In this document: one piece after another, positions 54,955-63,878 of the stretch
How positions within the stretch are numbered: position 1 is the first letter of the stretch
How the letters are laid out: each line of letters starts with the position of its first letter
Assembly (NCBI GenBank): GCA_963783145.1
Contig: CAWAMM010000009.1
Coordinates: 182,381 to 246,380 of the forward strand
Direction: 5' to 3'
DNA: 64,000 bases
Origin: an uncultured delta proteobacterium
Lineage (GTDB): Bacteria > Desulfobacterota > Binatia > Binatales > Binataceae
Program-made: the position numbers and the translations under genes
Notes under the pieces: generated by a model
The model's database searches: none
Told to the model about the DNA's origin: nothing
The model's input: the letters and a program-made list of their open reading frames with translations, nothing else

Positions 54955-54992
54955 AAAAAAGCAACCGGCCCACCCCATTGGAGGCGGGCCGG
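54955..54992 (-). terminator. Rho-independent terminator after DUF1329 paralog 1
   Basis: The minus strand reads ccggcccgcctcc-aat-ggggtgggccgg followed by ttgctttttt. Confidence 0.65.
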
Positions 54993-55022
54993 ATTGCGCA
55001 TATGAGAAGAGGCTCGGCGGCC

Positions 55023-56336
55023 CTAGTCGCCCGACACCGCGTGTCCGCCCTGCGCGGCGGCGGTCAGTGCCTGGGTGGTGAACCAGCTTCGATCCACCGC
55101 GCCCATGTTGATAAACCAGGAATCAGAGCTGGGCGCGTGCGATGACGGATGATAACACACGGTAGCAAAACCACTCTGAACGTTAACCGTCGACGATCCG
55201 ACCTGGAACAGGCGCTTGAAGGGGTAGATCGCGATGCGCGCATCGGGCTGCGAACGGTCCGCGTAGTAGGTCCACGACACGTAGTCGTTGAACAGCTGGC
55301 CGGAACGATCGTAGGTGTCGCCGGTCATCACGAAATCCGCCTCGGAATCGACATACAGAATCTCGTGATCGTACAGCGAATTGAAATGCCCCGTGCGCGG
55401 GCGCGCTTCGACCAGGAAGTTGTGACGCATCTGCCACGGATCGGGACAATGGCTCGCGCCACCATCAGTCGGGCATTGCACGTCTGGCGAATGGCCGACG
55501 TTGATCGCGGAGAGCATGTTCTTCTCGCCGAGGAATTTGAAATCGTAAAATTCATTTTTCCCGCTGAACCCTTCGTAGTGATTGGGGTCGTAGGCCTGCG
55601 GGCCGGTCGCGCTGTCCATGATTGCGTAGCTGAGGCGGCGGACCCGGCGCGCGCCCGGGGTGTATGACCACATGTCGTCGTCGCGCTGAGCGTTGGAATA
55701 ACGATAGCGGATGAATCCGGCGCCGCGGTCACTCTGCGGCGCGAGGACCGGATAGAGGAGGCTCAGGAAGTAGCGTCCAGTACCCTTGTAATCTGGATCG
55801 ATCGGCACCGGATCGACTTCGGTTCGGCCGACCTCGTTGTAACCGGCGTAGTGGCCGACCTCATAGTCATTGATTTCCCGATAGGGCTGGTTCAGTCCCC
55901 AATAGGTGCTGGGGCAATCGAACCAGCGCAGATCGTAGTCATCGCTGGAGATGGGACGGAACGCGACGTTCCACATGATCTTGTCCGCGGCGTGAGGATC
56001 ATTGGAATCGAGGATCGGAAACGGCTCTCCCGATACGTACCCGACCAGGCTGCGACCGTCGGGTGAGAGGCGGACCTGCGCGGAATATTTTTCGGTCGCC
56101 TCTTTGTAGGGTGGCGGCCAGTCGATGCGCTCGGTCGGCGCGATCTTGAGCGACATGCCGTGCAGGACGCGCAGGTATTCGCCCGGACTGACGAGGTCCT
56201 TTACCTTGGTTGCGTTGTCGGGGGTGATGAAATCCCCGGGCTTCACCTGCGCGAGGGCGGGCGAAACCGCCGTGAACATTGCGCCAGCCACCGCAGCGAG
56301 AGTGGCGCGCCGCAGAAATCCTCGAAGATGCCCCAT
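55023..56336 (-). CDS. DUF1329 family periplasmic/outer-membrane-associated protein (paralog 1)
   Basis: 437 aa with a signal peptide ending ALAQVKPGDFI. ..YKEATEKYSAQVRL..GEPFP..DDYDLRWFDC.. resembles DUF1329 (LolA-like fold) from memory. Confidence 0.7.
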   Translation of the reverse strand: MGHLRGFLRRATLAAVAGAMFTAVSPALAQVKPGDFITPDNATKVKDLVSPGEYLRVLHGMSLKIAPTERIDWPPPYKEATEKYSAQVRLSPDGRSLVGYVSGEPFPILDSNDPHAADKIMWNVAFRPISSDDYDLRWFDCPSTYWGLNQPYREINDYEVGHYAGYNEVGRTEVDPVPIDPDYKGTGRYFLSLLYPVLAPQSDRGAGFIRYRYSNAQRDDDMWSYTPGARRVRRLSYAIMDSATGPQAYDPNHYEGFSGKNEFYDFKFLGEKNMLSAINVGHSPDVQCPTDGGASHCPDPWQMRHNFLVEARPRTGHFNSLYDHEILYVDSEADFVMTGDTYDRSGQLFNDYVSWTYYADRSQPDARIAIYPFKRLFQVGSSTVNVQSGFATVCYHPSSHAPSSDSWFINMGAVDRSWFTTQALTAAAQGGHAVSGD

Positions 56337-56684
56337 CAGAATATTGCCTCCGCGTAGGTTCGGTTCATGTTCTCAATTGCGATGGGATGGGTACTGAGTG
56401 AGCTTCTCCAGTACCATCGTTACCGTAGTGCGGTCAGTAGCCTTGCTGACAAAAACTGTCAACTCGAATGTGGCAAAGATCGTCGACTAACAGTCGAGAC
56501 CAAGCGAAGCGACCGCGCATTCCTAGCGGAGAGTAAAAGTGCGGTGGTCGAGCAGAGTGCACGGGAAATTCGAAAAAATGAGCCGCGAACAAGGTAAATC
56601 AGAGAGCTCGATTCAACACCTTAAGCGCGACGATTCCGCCGCTCTCAAGTTCGGCTTCTAGACCGCAGTAGAATTTCTCATGCC

Positions 56685-56721
56685 GAAAAAACTCCGGCCC
56701 ACCCCCGATGGGGTAGGCCGG
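56685..56721 (-). terminator. Rho-independent terminator after DUF1329 paralog 2
   Basis: The minus strand reads ccggcctacccc-atcg-ggggtgggccgg followed by agtttttt. It shares the ggggtgggccgg arm with the terminator at 54955-54992. Confidence 0.7.
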
Positions 56722-56752
56722 ATTGCGGACAACCACTTCGAAGCTTAAGCGA

Positions 56753-58066
56753 TCAGTCGCCGGAGATCGCGTGACCGCCTTCAGCCGCGCGCGCCATCTG
56801 CTCGGGAGTAAACCAGTCGCGATCGATAGCGCCCATGTTGATGAACCATGAATCGCGCGAAGGAGCGTACATCGACGGGTGGTAGCAGACCGTCGAGAAG
56901 CCGCTCTGCGCGTTGACGCTCGATGAACCGACCTGGAACTCGCGCTTGAAAGGATAGATGGCGATGCGCGCGTCGGGTTCGGAGCGATCGGCATAATACA
57001 TCCACGAGGTGTAGTTGACGAACAACTGCCCCTGGCGATCGTAAATGTCATTGGCCATTACGAAAACCGCCTCGCTGTCCAGATACAGAACCTCGTGGTC
57101 ATACAGCGACACGAAGTGACCGGGACGGGGCTTCGCCTCGATTACGAACATGTGGCGGATTTCCCATGGGTCTGGACAATGGCTGGCGCCGCCGTCGGTG
57201 GGACATCGCACGTCAGGCGAATGGCCGACGTTGATCGCCGCGAGCATGTTCTTCTCGCCCAGCATCTTGAAATCGTAGTTTTCGTTCTTGCCGCTGAAGC
57301 CCTCGTAGTGATTGGGGTCATAGGCCTGCGGTCCCGAGGCGGTATCCAGAATGGAGTAATTGAGACGACGCACCCGCCGCGAACCCGGAGTCCAGGTCCA
57401 GCTGTCGTCATCGCGACCGGGATCGGCATAGCGGAATTTGATGAGCCCGGTACCGCGCGCGTCCTGTGGCTGGAGAACAGGATAGAGCAGGTTCAGGTAA
57501 TAGCGGCCGGTCTTCTTGAAATCCGGATCGATTGGAATCGGATCGACTTCGGTACGGCCGACCTCATTGTAGCCCGCGTAGTGGCCCACTTCGTAGTCGA
57601 CGATCTGGCGGAACGGAGCGTTCTTGCCCCAGTATTCGCTGTCACAATCGAACCAGCGCAGATCGTAGTCGTCGCTGGAGATCGGACGGAACGCTTCATT
57701 CCACATCACCTTGTCGCCAGCGTGTGGATCGTTGGCATCGATGATCGGAAACGGCTCGCCTGCGACATAGCCGACCAGGCTACGTCCATCAGGGGTAAGG
57801 CGGACCTGCGCAGAGTACTTTTCGGTTGCTTCCTTATACGGTGGCGGCCAATCGATCCGCTCGGTAGGAGCAACCTTCAAGCTCATGCCGTGCTGAATCC
57901 GGAGGTACTGCCCTGGCGAGACCAGGTCTCGCACCTTCTCCGCATTCTCGTCAGTAATGAAATCGCCCGGCTTGACTTGCGCGAGCGTGGACGAGGCCGT
58001 CGCTAACACTGCGGTAATAATCGCAGTCGAGGCGGCGGCAACCCAAAATCTTCCAAAACTCCGCAT
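56753..58066 (-). CDS. DUF1329 family protein (paralog 2)
   Basis: ATG 58066 (MRSFGRFW...) lies 9 nt after GGAGG. The mature part is collinear and by eye roughly three-quarters identical to paralog 1. Confidence 0.7.
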   Translation of the reverse strand: MRSFGRFWVAAASTAIITAVLATASSTLAQVKPGDFITDENAEKVRDLVSPGQYLRIQHGMSLKVAPTERIDWPPPYKEATEKYSAQVRLTPDGRSLVGYVAGEPFPIIDANDPHAGDKVMWNEAFRPISSDDYDLRWFDCDSEYWGKNAPFRQIVDYEVGHYAGYNEVGRTEVDPIPIDPDFKKTGRYYLNLLYPVLQPQDARGTGLIKFRYADPGRDDDSWTWTPGSRRVRRLNYSILDTASGPQAYDPNHYEGFSGKNENYDFKMLGEKNMLAAINVGHSPDVRCPTDGGASHCPDPWEIRHMFVIEAKPRPGHFVSLYDHEVLYLDSEAVFVMANDIYDRQGQLFVNYTSWMYYADRSEPDARIAIYPFKREFQVGSSSVNAQSGFSTVCYHPSMYAPSRDSWFINMGAIDRDWFTPEQMARAAEGGHAISGD

Positions 58067-58226
58067 AAACATTGGCCTCCGATGTCCCTGCTTGCTACGT
58101 AGCATTAATCCTTAACCAAATCTTCAAGAGCAAACCTTATAGTGCGTGATTAGCTCCACAGGTAGAAGCTGTCAACAGACATAATGTATGGGCTCCCATA
58201 AGCCCTTGAACCATCTGATCCAAAAG

Positions 58227-58242
58227 CTGAACTAACGTTCAG
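58227..58242. promoter_or_regulatory. Perfect palindrome CTGAAC-TAAC-GTTCAG upstream of nuoA (divergent from DUF1329 paralog 2)
   Basis: Read directly: aaagCTGAACTAACGTTCAGaat. It has the same TGAAC-N4-GTTCA core as 2504-2517 and lies about 104 nt upstream of the nuoA start. Confidence 0.3.
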
Positions 58243-58345
58243 AATATGCGACGGAGGTGGATCGGCGAGCGAGCCATCGGTTGGAAATTACTTGCTCAAT
58301 CGGTAAGGATAGTTCCGATCAGATCAAGGCTCGCGGGTAACATAT

Positions 58346-58699
58346 ATGGTGACCTGGTTTCCGGTGCTGGTGACATTGGTGGTGGCCGGCGTGGTGGTCG
58401 GCGTGATGGTGAATATCAACGCGCTGATCGGTCCCCGGCGAGTAACGAAAATCAAAATGGAATCGTTCGAGTGCGGCAACCCTCCCAGCGGCAGCGCATG
58501 GGGCCGCTTCTCGGTGCGCTTCTACCTGACCGCGCTCCTGTTTCTGGTCTTCGATGTTGAAGTCATCTTCCTTTATCCGTGGGCGGTCGAACTGCGGAAG
58601 CTGGGGATGTTCGGCTTCATCGAAGCGTTCATATTCATCGCGATTCTGTTCGTCGGTCTGATTTACGCATGGGAGCGCGGCGCGCTCGATTGGGATTAA
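58346..58699 (+). CDS. nuoA: NADH-quinone oxidoreductase subunit A
   Basis: 117 aa with 3 TM helices. FECGNPP....F.VRFYLTALLFLVFDVEVIFLYPWA is the NuoA/ND3 signature. Confidence 0.9.
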   Translation: MVTWFPVLVTLVVAGVVVGVMVNINALIGPRRVTKIKMESFECGNPPSGSAWGRFSVRFYLTALLFLVFDVEVIFLYPWAVELRKLGMFGFIEAFIFIAILFVGLIYAWERGALDWD

Positions 58700-58705
58700 G
58701 CCTCG

Positions 58706-59209
58706 ATGCTGATCGAAAAGCTCCAGGAAAAATTCGGGATGGCGATCCTCCAGAGCAGCAGCGCGCTGGGCGAGGACACCGTCGTCATCGATCGTGACCA
58801 TGCGCCTGAGATCTTCCGCACGCTTCGCGATGACGATGACTTCTCCTTCGAGTTTCTCATCGATCTAACGGCGGTGGACTGGCCCGAGCGCCGGCCACGC
58901 TTCGATGTCGTCTATCAGCTCAAGTCCATGACCCGCGCGCTTCGGTTGCGGGTGAAGATCCAGGTTGGCGCCGGTGACGACGCGTGGGTGCCGAGCGCGC
59001 ATCCGGTTTGGAAGTCGGCCGACTGGCTGGAGCGCGAATGCTTCGATATGTTCGGCATCCAATTTCGGGGACATCCGGATCTACGCCGCATCCTTCTGTA
59101 TGACACCTTCGTCGGCCATCCGTTGCGCAAGGATTACCCGTACCAGAAGCGGCAACCCATCGTGCCGGAAATAGATCCGATCACGAAGCCGCTCCGACCG
59201 ACGAAATAA
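58706..59209 (+). CDS. nuoC: NADH-quinone oxidoreductase subunit C
   Basis: 167 aa. ..LIDLTAVDWPERRPRFDVVYQL..WKSADWLERECFDMFGIQFRGHPDLRRIL.. is the NuoC (30 kDa subunit) signature. It starts only 6 nt after nuoA, so no nuoB lies between them. Confidence 0.9.
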   Translation: MLIEKLQEKFGMAILQSSSALGEDTVVIDRDHAPEIFRTLRDDDDFSFEFLIDLTAVDWPERRPRFDVVYQLKSMTRALRLRVKIQVGAGDDAWVPSAHPVWKSADWLERECFDMFGIQFRGHPDLRRILLYDTFVGHPLRKDYPYQKRQPIVPEIDPITKPLRPTK

Positions 59210-59219
59210 GGGACTCATC

Positions 59220-60434
59220 ATGCCGCTGCCCGCACGCTGGTCACAAAAAATCGAGGCTTCCGATCCCACCGATGAGATCATGGAGCTGCAGATGGGCCCT
59301 TCGCATCCCGCCGCGCACGGCACCATCAAGTTCAACCTCAAGTTGGACGGCGAGCGAGTCGCCGATTGCGACGTCGAGGTCGGCTACCTCCATCGCGCAT
59401 TCGAAAAGATGTGCGAGCAGGGCACCTGGACCCAATGTTTCCCCTACACCGACCGGCTCAATTACGCCTCGCCCTGCATCAACAATGTGGGCTTCGCGCT
59501 GGCGGTCGAGAAGCTGCTCGGCATCGAGATTCCGGAGCGAGCAAAGTATCTGCGGGTGATCATGAGCGAGATCTCTCGCATCACCGATCATCTCACCTGC
59601 CTGGGGATGGCGAGCCAGGAGGTCGGCGCGACTACGGCCAGTTTTCTTATGATCGAAGGGCGCGAGATGCTTTACGACTTGGTGGAAGCGGTGACCGGCG
59701 CGCGTCTGACGGTGACCTGGTGCCGCGTCGGGGGCGTTGCGCACGATCTTCCGGACGGCTTCAAGGAACGCGTCGGGATCGCGTTGAAGCACATCGATGA
59801 GCTGCTTGCCGACGCCGACAAGCTGCTTTCGCGCAACCGCGTCTTTATCGATCGGATGTCGGGCGTCGGCATGCTTCCACAGAAAGACGCAATCTCCTAC
59901 GGATTGACGGGACCGCTGCTGCGCGCCACCGGCGTAGCCTATGATGTCCGTAAGGCCAATCCCTACCTGGTCTACGATCGCTTCACCTTCGACGTCATCA
60001 CCGGCGAGCGCGGCGATAACTATGATCGCTTCAACGTCCGCTTCCGCGAGATGGCCGAGTCGCAGAAGATCATCGGACAGGCAATCGCGGATCTACCTGA
60101 CGGTCCGATCATAGTGGGGGATCCGAAGATTGCGCTGCCGCCCAAGGAGCGGGTCTACAATTCCATCGAGGGGCTGATGAACCACTTCAAGCTCATCATG
60201 GAGGGAATCAAGGTACCGCCCGGCGAGACCTACTCGGCGGTTGAAGGCGCCAACGGGGAGCTCGGCTTCTATGTGGTGAGCGACGGCAGCGGTCGGCCCT
60301 ATCGGGTGCGGGTGCGGCCGCCTTGTTTCCTTGCGATGGGCGCGCTCAACAAGATGCTGATTGGGCATATGATCCCGGACATCATAACGACGTTTGGGAT
60401 GATCAACATGATCGGCGGCGAATGCGACCGCTAG
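59220..60434 (+). CDS. nuoD: NADH-quinone oxidoreductase subunit D
   Basis: 404 aa. MGPSHPAAHGT, YLHRAFEKMCE and the C-terminus ..MIGGECDR are NuoD (49 kDa subunit) hallmarks. Confidence 0.9.
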   Translation: MPLPARWSQKIEASDPTDEIMELQMGPSHPAAHGTIKFNLKLDGERVADCDVEVGYLHRAFEKMCEQGTWTQCFPYTDRLNYASPCINNVGFALAVEKLLGIEIPERAKYLRVIMSEISRITDHLTCLGMASQEVGATTASFLMIEGREMLYDLVEAVTGARLTVTWCRVGGVAHDLPDGFKERVGIALKHIDELLADADKLLSRNRVFIDRMSGVGMLPQKDAISYGLTGPLLRATGVAYDVRKANPYLVYDRFTFDVITGERGDNYDRFNVRFREMAESQKIIGQAIADLPDGPIIVGDPKIALPPKERVYNSIEGLMNHFKLIMEGIKVPPGETYSAVEGANGELGFYVVSDGSGRPYRVRVRPPCFLAMGALNKMLIGHMIPDIITTFGMINMIGGECDR

Positions 60435-60768
60435 CCCGAGGCTAAACCTCCAGCGCCGAGATACCTATTATTATCGACGTGTTGTCGGTAATGTGGATGA
60501 CGTCTAAATAGCCCTGAAATAGCTCTGCGTTTTGGAAAAGTGCAGGGATTTCCTCGATCATTTGGCTTCGTTTGGTAAAACGTCACGTATGACGACGGCC
60601 GAAGTGGGTTTGTTTTTGCACTTTCCATTCGAATGCGTGACGAGCGGTGGGTTCGTTTATGTAATTTCACCTCTGCCGCACGCTCCAAAAATGCGGGTGG
60701 CGCCCGATGAGGACGCCACTACCTAAACATTAGCATATTTGACAGAACGATGTATTCCTCAGGTTGCG

Positions 60769-61167
60769 CTATGCATAGGAGCCAAGTTTGGAGAAACCCC
60801 TCCGGGCTTTAATCATTGGTTTAGTCGATCGTGCGCCGCGCGCACGCGGCAGCCGTGCGGCCTTGGCATCACGCGGTAAAACTTCGCGCTCAACTTGTTC
60901 CTCGATCCGATATTTCGCCTCTTCCAGCTCGTAGCGCTTTTGCAAATTCATCCAGAACTCGGGAGAGGTTCTAAAATAGCGTCCCAGCCGAAGGGCTGTT
61001 TCCGCGCTGATTCCACGCTCGCCGTCAACGATTTGGCTGATCCGATTGGCCGGAACTCGTAGCGCAAGTGCGAGTTGATGCATGTTCAGGCCGAGCGGGC
61101 TGAGAAATTCCTCGGCCAAAATTTCGCCCGGATGAATCGGTGGTACTTCTCTTCGCTGGCGCCGCAC
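60769..61167 (-). CDS. higA: HigA-family antitoxin (XRE HTH) with basic C-terminal extension
   Basis: PIHPGEILAEEFLSPLGLNMHQLALALRVPANRISQIVDGERGISAETALRLGRYFRTSPEFWMNLQKRYEL is canonical HigA. About 40 extra Arg/Lys-rich residues sit at the C-terminus. Confidence 0.85.
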   Translation of the reverse strand: MRRQRREVPPIHPGEILAEEFLSPLGLNMHQLALALRVPANRISQIVDGERGISAETALRLGRYFRTSPEFWMNLQKRYELEEAKYRIEEQVEREVLPRDAKAARLPRARGARSTKPMIKARRGFSKLGSYA

Positions 61168-61187
61168 TATCGTTGCAATCCTTATCC

Positions 61188-61466
61188 TCAGTGATAGTCG
61201 ACAATTTCGACCCGTTCCGCATCACGCCCGCGCCATTCGAAGCAGATGCGCCATTGTCGATTTATACGAATACTGTATTGACCGCTGCGACCGCCTCTTA
61301 GTTGTTCGAGTTCATTGCCGGGAGTCATTGCGAGTTCGTTCAAGCTGATTGCGGCATCCAGGATTTCAAGCTTTCGCCGCGCGCCCCGTTCGATACTCTG
61401 AAAGCGGCGGCTTCGCCCGCCAATAAAGAGCTTCTCCGTCTCGCGACATCTGAAACTCTTGATCAC
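61188..61466 (-). CDS. higB: HigB-family toxin (RelE/ParE superfamily, plasmid maintenance system killer)
   Basis: 92 aa. MIKSFRCRETEKLF...LDAA....PGNELEQLRGGRSGQYSIRINRQWRICFEW..DAERVEIVDYH matches the HigB pattern. It lies 20 nt upstream of higA. Confidence 0.85.
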   Translation of the reverse strand: MIKSFRCRETEKLFIGGRSRRFQSIERGARRKLEILDAAISLNELAMTPGNELEQLRGGRSGQYSIRINRQWRICFEWRGRDAERVEIVDYH

Positions 61467-61520
61467 GTATGAAAATCGTATGACGGAAACAGTATAACGT
61501 CAATCATACTCTGCGGCGGC

Positions 61521-63878
61521 TTACTTGATGATGCCGCGGGAGCGGAGCGAGGCGATGGTCGCGGCGTCATAGTCGAGGAACTCGCGCAGCACCTCGTCGC
61601 CATGCTCACCGTGCAGCGGAGCCGCATGGCGAATGCTTCCCGGCGTCGCGGAAAACTTCATCAGCATTCCGGTCTGCCATACCTTGCCCCATTGCGAATG
61701 GTCCAACTCCGCGAGCAGATCGTTCGCCACGATTTGCGGATCGGAAAACAAATCGCGGAAATGATTGACCGGCGTCGATGGAGTTTTTGCCTTCGCCAGT
61801 TGCGCGAGTGCGTCATCGCGATCGAGCTGCTGGAATTCCTGGGCCAGAATCGACGCGAGCCTCTCATGCCCATGCTCGGGTTCGCGCGCGGCTGCGGTGT
61901 AGTCTAGCTTCGGCAGTGCGGGAAACACCTTGCCGAGCGCTTGCCATTGCGCGGGCGCATCGAGCGCGAGAAACAGCCATTCGCCGTCGCGACATTGATA
62001 CGCGCGCGACAGGGCCGACCCACCTCGACGCTCGGGCGCGCCATTTTCCATGTCAGGACGGCCATTATAGAAAATGAACTCGCCGGCCTGAAACGCCATC
62101 GAAGCCTGTAACAACGTGGTCGAGCAAAACTGGCCGAGCCCGGTCTTCTGGCGCGCGCGCAGCGCGAGGATACATCCGAAGGCCGACAGCATCGCGGCGC
62201 CGTAATCGCAAATCGCGCAGGTGAGATAGACCGGATGATGATGCGGCCCACCCTGCGCCGCCATCACACCCGAGCGCGCCTGCAGCAGCGGATCGAAGCC
62301 CGGCTGATTGTGATCGGGGCCGGTATTGCCGAACGCATTGACGGACATATAGATGATGCCGGGATTCGCCTTCGCCAGCGTGTCGTAGTCGAGCCCGAAG
62401 CGCTTCATCCGCCCGGGGCGGAGATTTTCCACCAGCACGTCGGCCTCTTCGGCGAGGCGATAGACGATGTCGAGGCCTTCGCGATTGTTGAGATCGATCG
62501 CGAGCCCGCGTTTGCCCTGGTTCCATCCGAGGAAGCCGAAACCGAAAGTGCGAAACGCGTCGCCTTCGAGATTTTCGATTTTGATCACATTCGCGCCGAG
62601 CTGTGCAAGGATCATCGGACCATACGAACCCGCGATGTAGCTGGCGAAATCGAGCACCGTGACGCCGTCGAGCGGGCCCTTGACGAGGCTGCTCTCGTTG
62701 GTCGCGGCTACAGGATGAGGCGCATGGTGGAAGGTCGCGTGTTGATGCGCATTCGGGGTTGCAGGGGCGGGTCCGATAATCTCACCCGGAGTCGCGGTGA
62801 GGGTCACGGGCACGCCGAGCTGCACCGTGTCGCCGAGGATCGAATCGCGCACTTCCTGGCGCATTCCGATCGCGGCGGTTTGCGGATACGCGATGAATTC
62901 CTGCCGCGTCATGACCGGCGCGCACGGCACATCGGCCTCGCGCAGGATCTTAACCCACTCGTCGCGCGGTTTGGTGCGGATGACAGGTTCGAGGATGTCC
63001 TTCAGAGCCTGCCAGTGTTCCGGGGGAATTCCCCACGGCGCGCCTTCGAAGCGCGAATCGGAAACCAGCTCCGGCAGATCGAGCGCGAGGACAAATTTGC
63101 CCCAGAACGTCGCGTTGCCGCATGCGGCGAACAAGTACTTGTGATCGGAGGCCTCGAACAGCCGATAGCATGGGATCGGGCCCAGCGGATCCTGCGGTCC
63201 GTGATAGAGCGTGGTCATCTTCTCATGCTTCAGCACGCCGCCCGTCTGTAGCGATAGCGCGCCGGCCAGGATCGAGACCTCGAGCTCCTGACCCTCGCCG
63301 GTGTGCTCGCGCGCGATGAGCCCGGCGACCGCGGCGCTCGCGCCCATCACTCCGGCCGAGTAACTCGCCGCCGGAAACACCAACGGAACCGGATTGCCGC
63401 TGCGCGACCACTGGCTGCCGGCGATGCCGGCGCGGGCCGCGACCAACTCGTCACTCGCGTCGAACTCGGCCTCGGGACCGCGACTCCCGAAAGAGGGGAT
63501 GTTGAGCACTAGCGTGTGCGGATTGATTTTTCGAATCGATGCGTAATCGAGCCCCTGCGCTTTCAGACGCGTAGGAGTCGAGCCGGTGATGACGAGGTCG
63601 GCGCTTTTCACGAGCGCCGCGATCGACCATTTGCCGTCGGTCGAGGCGGCATCGAGGGAGACCGAGCGCTTCGAGCGATTGAGGACCTGAAAATGCGGGG
63701 TGCCGCGTTCGGGGGCGCCGCCCGGCGGCTCGACCACGATGGCGTCGGCGCCCTGCTCGGCCAGCAGCATCGCGGCATAGGCAGCGCCGAGGTTGGAGTG
63801 AAACTCGAGGACGTTAATTCCGGTAAGTGCTTTCGCCATTTCAATCGGATATTCGTCTACTCGAAGGCTTGACTTCAA
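61521..63878 (-). CDS. Double-domain family III CoA-transferase (two CaiB/BaiF modules fused)
   Basis: 785 aa. Module 1 has INVLEFHSNLGAAYAAMLLAEQGADAIVVEPPGG and module 2 has VTVLDFASYIAGSYGPMILAQLGANVIKIENLEGD. Each motif is followed by a full transferase-like region. Confidence 0.75.
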   Translation of the reverse strand: MKSSLRVDEYPIEMAKALTGINVLEFHSNLGAAYAAMLLAEQGADAIVVEPPGGAPERGTPHFQVLNRSKRSVSLDAASTDGKWSIAALVKSADLVITGSTPTRLKAQGLDYASIRKINPHTLVLNIPSFGSRGPEAEFDASDELVAARAGIAGSQWSRSGNPVPLVFPAASYSAGVMGASAAVAGLIAREHTGEGQELEVSILAGALSLQTGGVLKHEKMTTLYHGPQDPLGPIPCYRLFEASDHKYLFAACGNATFWGKFVLALDLPELVSDSRFEGAPWGIPPEHWQALKDILEPVIRTKPRDEWVKILREADVPCAPVMTRQEFIAYPQTAAIGMRQEVRDSILGDTVQLGVPVTLTATPGEIIGPAPATPNAHQHATFHHAPHPVAATNESSLVKGPLDGVTVLDFASYIAGSYGPMILAQLGANVIKIENLEGDAFRTFGFGFLGWNQGKRGLAIDLNNREGLDIVYRLAEEADVLVENLRPGRMKRFGLDYDTLAKANPGIIYMSVNAFGNTGPDHNQPGFDPLLQARSGVMAAQGGPHHHPVYLTCAICDYGAAMLSAFGCILALRARQKTGLGQFCSTTLLQASMAFQAGEFIFYNGRPDMENGAPERRGGSALSRAYQCRDGEWLFLALDAPAQWQALGKVFPALPKLDYTAAAREPEHGHERLASILAQEFQQLDRDDALAQLAKAKTPSTPVNHFRDLFSDPQIVANDLLAELDHSQWGKVWQTGMLMKFSATPGSIRHAAPLHGEHGDEVLREFLDYDAATIASLRSRGIIK

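Noticed and set aside
56367-56597. 76-aa ORF in the spacer between the DUF1329 paralogs, and the 150-aa minus-strand ORF at 56599-57051
   Set aside because: There is no SD and no recognisable motifs. The region is better explained as the terminator of paralog 2 plus the promoter and leader of paralog 1. The minus-strand ORF overlaps the 3' end of paralog 2 out of frame.
60442-60561. 39-aa minus-strand sORF (MIEEIPALFQNAELFQGYLDVIHITDNTSIIIGISALEV) in the spacer after nuoD
   Set aside because: It has no SD and I recognise no family. It may be the relic of a decayed gene, but I cannot support it as a feature.
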